DNA from: Macrostomum lignano
Taxonomy: Eukaryota
DNA length: 64,000 bases
Assembly (NCBI GenBank): GCA_002269645.1
Contig: NIVC01000463.1
Span: 62,001-126,000 of the forward strand
Direction of reading: 5' to 3'
Below are positions 40,010 to 64,000 of the stretch, piece after piece (position 1 is the stretch's first letter; each line of letters begins with the position of its first letter). Both the position numbers and the translations under genes were made by a program. The notes under the pieces were generated by a model. That model had not been told where the DNA came from and did no database searches. It saw nothing but the letters and a program-made list of their open reading frames with translations.

Positions 40010-43000
40010 TCAGTATTTAGTATAAAAAACGACTATATGAAATTGTCACTTAAAAACTAAAATTTACCAGACTGATCATTTATCGTTATACATGTGTTCT
40101 GCTTTCCAGTCTTTATTTAAACGAAAGGTAAAAATTTACTTATAGCTGAACGTCTTTTTATTAGCAGTTATCTAGCACATAAACCTGCATCGATAAGATA
40201 AGCAATATTGCATGCTTGACAGAGAGTCAGAGATAGCGTATCTTGTATCGATAAGATAACTACAATGTACATGTACTACATTACTTTCAAGTTGAAAGTG
40301 TACGGAAACTGCAGGAGGTGCACCAAACAGTGCACAAATTTTGCGGGTGAGATTGATTAGATATAAAATATTGAATGTTATAGGGTTTTACTAGCTGATG
40401 TTATTTTTATGCTTTTATGAAAATCAAATGAATAGAAAATAATATCCATCAAATAACGCATCGGCAATTAAAACAATATTTTAATCAACTTGCATCAATT
40501 AATAATGCGTACTATTGGTCTAAACCTCATAATTTGGATTTCCTTTTCATGTTGATTAGGTTATATAACTGCGATTAACTGTAGTAAAATTAATATACAC
40601 GTAAGGGAATTATTATCTCGTAAATATTTTGAGCAGGACGCGACTAGTGCTCACTGGAGTTCGGAATCCTTAAGGGGTGTTGAAATTTGTTAGCATAATT
40701 GCCAATTTGTAAATTTTAATTTAATTTTAAATTCTTTGAAAAATAGAGCTAGCTACTATACATACACGTATGTGCTAAGGACGGTAATAATATCGGTGAA
40801 AGACATTTTTGCTGCTTCTAATCAGAAAACCAATTAAAGACAGATTTTAAAAAGGTGGATTTTTCAAACTTTTACAGACAAGCGCATTCCTCAATTGAAA
40901 ATAGCAGATTGTGGTTGTATTCAGTAGCTCAGTTTGCCAAACCATTTAGTGAAATAATTGATAGATTAATAACTGTACAAATCAGTTTTACGAAAATCTC
41001 AAAATAATTAACACTATCTTTAGGTAATGTGGGAAATACGAGCTAAATTATAATCCGAATAAAAACTTACGCTAATGATATAAATTATAAATCAATAATT
41101 ATACAAGCTACTATATCTATAATAACATTGTAATACATTATAATTTAAAGTATCTTAAAGAATATACGAGTATCTTTTCAAGAAGGCCCCTGTTCACTTC
41201 AAAGATGCAAGATCGAAGTGGTTTATACTTGGATTGAGTACTACATACAAGATACAATTCACGCATAGTATTATTAAAAAATTTGACTTTATCGACGCAC
41301 TTTTTAAAAACAGCATCAATACAGAGCTCAATTGAATTTCATACAGCCATATACACTCAAGTTGCTCTGATCGGTTGCAGCAAAAAGTCTTTGAGGTCCA
41401 GTATAATCACTATTGTTAATGCACTTGAGACGCAATACGAACACAGCTAATAATTTAAAAAATACGAATCAATGATTGGTCAGTTGGCTGTGCTGTCGCC
41501 TGTGCTGATGATGATGGTGTCTATTCTTCATCAGCTCCATCGGTGTTGAACTCTTCCTCTTGGCTGCTCGTCCATGCGTTTCGACCATCTGGTAAAACTG
41601 GATCTTGTTCTGAAATTTAGAATAAAGTTTTACATTGCTAAGTTAAAACTCGCTGAAAAATGTAACTATATATGTAGACTCGTAATTTGCAGGTAACGCA
41701 GAGCAAACCGGCATGGTAGCAAATCCTTGTAATCAAAGGAAGTGTGATACTCGCGGCGCGATTAGAAAGTAAGGAATTTAGATTTTGAAACGAAATATAA
41801 ATTACATGATATCTTCTTTATCTGTGTATCTATTAATAATAGTCATTTTAAGTTTTCAGGTTTTTGCTGCACCATAGAAAGTTTTACGCGTAAAATTAAC
41901 GACGAAACGATGTGATAAAATATTTTTTAATAACTGAAAAGATAAACAGATTTCAAATTACCCTCCACGTTTGCGAAATAATTCCTGTAAGTAGCAAGCT
42001 TTTAATTTTACTTCAGATCAATACCTTCAAAGATTGGTTTGATTTCTGCATTTGGGCACAATAGCTGTAGCTCATATCATCTGATTGTCGGGAAATCGTT
42101 TTACTTTGCCACAAGTTTATTGAGTGTAACTTTTTCCTGTACAGCGGGTTTATCAATTCAGGGCGGATTCCCTGGCTGTAGAACTCGGGGGAAGCAAAAG
42201 TGGAATATTCTGGAATCGTAAAATAACTTTTGTGCCAATCAGATATTTTTTACTGGAAGTGCTCAAACTACACTTGCCTACCCCTGTATTAAACAATTTC
42301 AATGGACTTATCAATAAAAATCTTTGAACTATGTCAACTTAAATTTTGGGGTAGTTAGAGTGCATGCGAGCAACAAATTCATTTTACAGATGCTTCTAAT
42401 TTATGTAAAAACGTAATGACGGATTCAAAGTCATTGTCATGAAATTTTGACTATCACCCACATTAATGACAACTGCTTCTCTTCGGTCGCAACCGTTTTC
42501 CAAAACTTTTTGGAAAAGACATCCAACGCATTTAAAAGTCTATCTGTCGAGTTTGAAATTTAAACTAAGTCAGTCATTCGTTGATTCCAACTCATCGTGT
42601 ACGACTCACGTCTGTTCTATTCGAGTGTGGAAAGTTATTTAATGTGGGATTTTCATATTTATGTGCTACCAATCTACACTGTACGTTCAAAAAGGTAGCA
42701 CAATGCAAAGCTACATATATATGCACTTATAATTTGAATTTGAATAACGTTTCACATTTTAACACGACCGTTAGACTAATTGTAGAATTGAAAAATTGAG
42801 GCGAAAAAGTAACATTAATAGTTTTAATAAACGTACGATTCCACGAAAGCTGGAGGAAATTAAACAAAAGCGTTGCGGGCACATAGTACGATAATATATA
42901 ATATTATTAATCTAAAATGTTAATTGAATAATATACTGAAAAAGAGACAGCGATTTACGTAATTTTTTATGCGCAATTAACTACAGTTGCTATACAATGT

Positions 43001-43993
43001 CTTGCCTCGACCAACGGTTACAAAGCCATCTTAAACATAAATTGAAGCATTGAATTAAAGTTTAAGTTAATCGTGCAAATTTTATTAACTCTATCTGATT
43101 TTTCATTGCTTAGCCAAGATATTCTACCCCGTAAAACAGATCACATAACTAGATAGCCTTATAAAGCTAATACAGCTTATAAGCTACAAGCTTAAGGATA
43201 CGTTATAGTATGTAAGAAAATCTTTTTATTTTGACAACGAAAAATATTGGATTAAATCGGATTTATGAGCCTGCCGAACACACAGGTGAAATTCAGATTC
43301 TGCTACAAACGAACGAACTCGATCTATCTTCACAATGTATATTATCAGTACAAAGCATTCCATTTAACTTTAGGTCAAAATGCATTGGATAGATAGAGCT
43401 TTCACTTCCACTCAAACTCACGTGCTGTAAACGATTGTAAGCTGCAGGTAGGCTCGTATAAATGAGCTGGATAAAGTAAGAAACTAATATTTATTGTATC
43501 GCTGGTGCACTTGTATGCTCTTTTTTAGTGCAGATTTTTCTCGACTTAATTGTTGGCGACATTGGAAAGTCGTCCAGAGCCTAGAACATACTAAATGCAC
43601 TTTAGCGATACGACAAATTAAATATAAGTTCCTTATCAGCTTCCTGCTCATTTCTAAGCAAATCGAAAACTTGACTAGCGCCAGGACTGGTTTTGTCAGA
43701 CTGAAAAAATACTTGTAACTGGTACCTGTATGGTTAATTGTTCTTTTTAGGTAAATTAGAAAATTTTTAGGATATGAAATTTATATTTGAAGCCTTTTAA
43801 CCGAGTGTATATTAGCTTCAACTTAATTCTACCAATAAAATTTACACGATTTACGGTTATTTTTGCGTTCTATACTTACTACTCGAATAGTTAAAAATGC
43901 CCCTCCACTCTAATCGAATCTTCTCTAAATAAACAATGATATAGCTAATTACGCATAATGTCACCGGGAGATGGGGATCAGACAATGATGATG

Positions 43994-60605
<16,612 letters not shown>

Positions 60606-62264
60606 GCTTGCAGCGAATTTATGAAACTCGAATTTTCTTTTCTGCACTTGTTTGTGGATTTGAGAGGCAGCTTTTACACCCAGTAAGATGTTCCGATGTG
60701 CTTTCTGATATCTAAACAGGGAGCTCAGAGTGAGCGGTGAGGCTCAACTTTTGGGACAGACTTGCCCTGGCTACTGCAGGGCCGAGAGCTGTTCCGACCA
60801 ATCGGGAGCAGTCAGCGGGGAGCTCAGGAGGCCTGCAGAGTTAGTCAGCGGATTCTCTCCTCGCTAGCATTGGGAATGAGAGTTGTTGATTTCTGTCTGT
60901 CCCGTATCTCTCACCTCTACAGTGTCAAGCTGCATCGATTGAACGATCAGTAATTCCTAGGTCCACCTGGCCAGCTCTCCGTGTGGCACACACAGACACT
61001 CACACACACTTGACCGAGTGTCCATGTGTGCTTAATCTAGCTCTTGCTCCTCTCTCCCACTCGCATGAATATGCTGAGTTCTGTTGAAGCATCGCTTTCT
61101 AGGTACCAGGTTTTTAAAACCATTACTAATAATAATAATTATGCAACTATGTAAAAGATTGGGTACTCTTCAGACTAATCCACAACTGTTAGGAGCTACT
61201 CTACTTTAATTATAAAAGCATTAATAATTATTATAATATCCATATACTAAATATAGAGTTTTTAGTTCAGTAAAAAAGCTACCGAAAATTCCTAGTCTCT
61301 TACTGTAAGTAGCGCATATAGCAAATTAGGCATTATAATATTATAATTGGTTGCACAGGCTTACCAATTGAAACTACTATATGTATACTTCGACTTTAAA
61401 AAGCAAAACAAATATTGGCTACACAAAGCGGAAAAAACAGTGCTCAGGAATGAATACAAGAGTTTGATGGATATGAAGCCAATGCCTGAGTCATTCCCAG
61501 GCACTTGAAAAAATTTCTTCTTCTTACTTACTATGAAAGCTATAGTCTATGGCCAGACCTGCTGACCCCGGCCAGTAGGAACCTGACTCATTCTTTTTCA
61601 AAGCTTCGGTTTGAGAGTATGATTAAATTCCGCTTCAATATTTACATTAAAGTTAATCCCACAATGGGATTAAAGACTTCCCAATGGGATAACTGCAGAC
61701 CCATAATTTAAATGAAGCAGAAGTCACGCACCTTCTATTCAGGCAAAGGCCGTCAGTTTCTGAGAAGTTATATATATACTCATGTATATAATCTCTTTCT
61801 CTGCAGATGTATAATATACCAAAATTATTATTTCATTACAAAATCAAAAAGAAGTCACGTTCCGTTTGAGGCCTGCATTGAATCCAGAGCAGAGAAGCAG
61901 TCAATCACTTCTAAAAGCAGTTGTTTTGTTGCGAATATCTTAAAAATATTATATCTGATAGTTCTTGAACCATCTTGCCCAATCCTATGCCTTCCAGATA
62001 TCAGAAATTATCCCAGCCTCCCAGCAGGCCAAGTGCACTCAGCCAGGGACTGCTCAAATCCCCGGCTTTGCTCAGAAATTGCTGCTTTCTACAGCGGTTA
62101 AAGCAGCAGAAAATGGAATTGCAGGATCAGCAGAAGAAGACGCGGAGCAGAAATGCAGAAATCAACTATTCAAAAAGCCTGGGCCTTGGCGACAGTCATC
62201 TTAGCTTTCGTGGCACAGGCCCAGTTTGTACTTTTTCCCAGTCGCAATGTTGGAGGGGAAATGC

Positions 62265-62299
<35 letters not shown>

Positions 62300-62609
62300 G
62301 CTTTTGTGAGAAACAGAGAAAGCCAGAATGACCGCTCAATATTTTATTGTAAAGGCACAATGAAACAAAAGAATTTAGTGCTAATTTTTGTTTAGTATGC
62401 AGAATACACGGTAGCTAACTTTATTCAGAAATACCTGTGGCATTCTAAACTGCGGTGCTCAGCAAATAATAAATACGCTTCGCTGTTATGAGTGAGGCAG
62501 AGGCAGAGGGTGGTCTCTTCAGGCTTAGCGTGTGTCAGTTTTGGGTATAGCAACTGGTTGTTAGGCTGGCTAAAGCACCTCAGTGCCAATATGGTTATGA
62601 AAAGGCAGG

Positions 62610-62909
<300 letters not shown>

Positions 62910-64000
62910 CATGTAAACTGGATGGACGGATGGGTGAATGAATATAACGCATTGCGCAATATCATCCCTACACTAGTTACTCACTGAGCCAACTCACATA
63001 GTAGCCCATTGATATTGGCTGCAGAAATCTCGGTCCCCCAAAATTTGAAGCAGCCGATCTGCTTCCAGAGGCATTTGAAGCCGATTTTGAATAGGACAAC
63101 ACAGATCTTGAAAAGTGCATTAGCAGTCTAGCAGATGAAAAGATAGAGAGTCAGGTAAAGAAAATCAATGCTGGCTTAAGTCTAGCTAGATTCTGATTGG
63201 CTGTGGCCAGGCGTGGGGTGGTGGTTGGGGGGGGAATCTCGTCCCCCAGTGAAGCGCGGAGACTGCGGAGCTGAAAGTTGATTGGTTGCCAGCAGTTGCT
63301 TTAAACGACTGTCTGGACACGGGATGAGAAGGCAACGTTAACATTTTTCAGCAAAGTACCATTTCTACTTGTATACTCGTATACTTAAAAATAAGCATAA
63401 AAATGTGTCAAGCAAAAAATGGCTCGTGCAATTAACGGCTTTGAAGGCCAACCCCCAAGGCACAGTGAAGTGCACATGTCTAATGATAAATAGAGTTAGG
63501 GCCGCTGTACACTCCTGTGTGAGTGTGTGTGTGCGTAGGACTCAAGGACGACTTCAGTAGAAGGACGTGAAACCTTGTTTCTTGGAAATTTTTTGAAGGC
63601 CGGCTTTTCCGATAAAATACTGGTACACTACGGAGATAGGAAGTTTTAATTTTTCAGCACAAAAATTGTTATTGCTTTTGATTGGAGGCAGATCCAGTGT
63701 TCATCTTTTAATATTTTGTGCCTTTTTTATTGCTCTATCGATATATATAAAGCTTTTTGTTCAAACAATTACGATTCTATGTTAATTTTCATTTTACGTA
63801 CACTTGCACGTGCCTGTGCCTAAAAGCCATTAAAATAACACGGCTCAGCTTTTTGGTTTTATGAGTCTTTTTATCATTCTTAGCTGACTGCAACAGAGAT
63901 GATAAAATAGATTCATAGAACCAAAGATTGGAGCTGTGCCATGCGTTTTATGATTGTTAGGTACAGGAAATGTACGTAGAATAAAAAATTGCAATCCTAA

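Noticed and set aside
63003-63155. Exon-like stretch ending in CAG|gtaaag
   Set aside because: The best frame has an in-frame TAG, and no product is recognisable.

Overview
Animal (invertebrate) genomic DNA. The AT-rich introns are packed with minisatellites, each unique to its intron; this style recalls macrostomid flatworms, but that attribution is inference only. I assembled three intron-rich genes by hand from GT-AG sites, phase continuity and remembered family motifs: Exo70/EXOC7 (minus, 295-14762, ~730-740 aa), CaMKII (plus, 19266-35375, 478 aa core plus optional linker exons) and a Cys-less ('Pro-loop') pentameric ligand-gated ion channel subunit (minus, 43994-60605, ~599 aa). All three appear to carry alternative, mutually exclusive exons. 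In the channel the duplicated exon encodes the pore-lining M2 helix. In CaMKII it encodes the DFG/activation segment. The channel also lacks a signal peptide and has features hinting at inverted topology. The rest of the window is ~20 tandem arrays, three MITEs with 8-bp TSDs, a candidate 3.6-kb TIR element between the divergent Exo70 and CaMKII starts, and a solo-LTR-like block. Most long ORFs in the supplied track are repeat artefacts.
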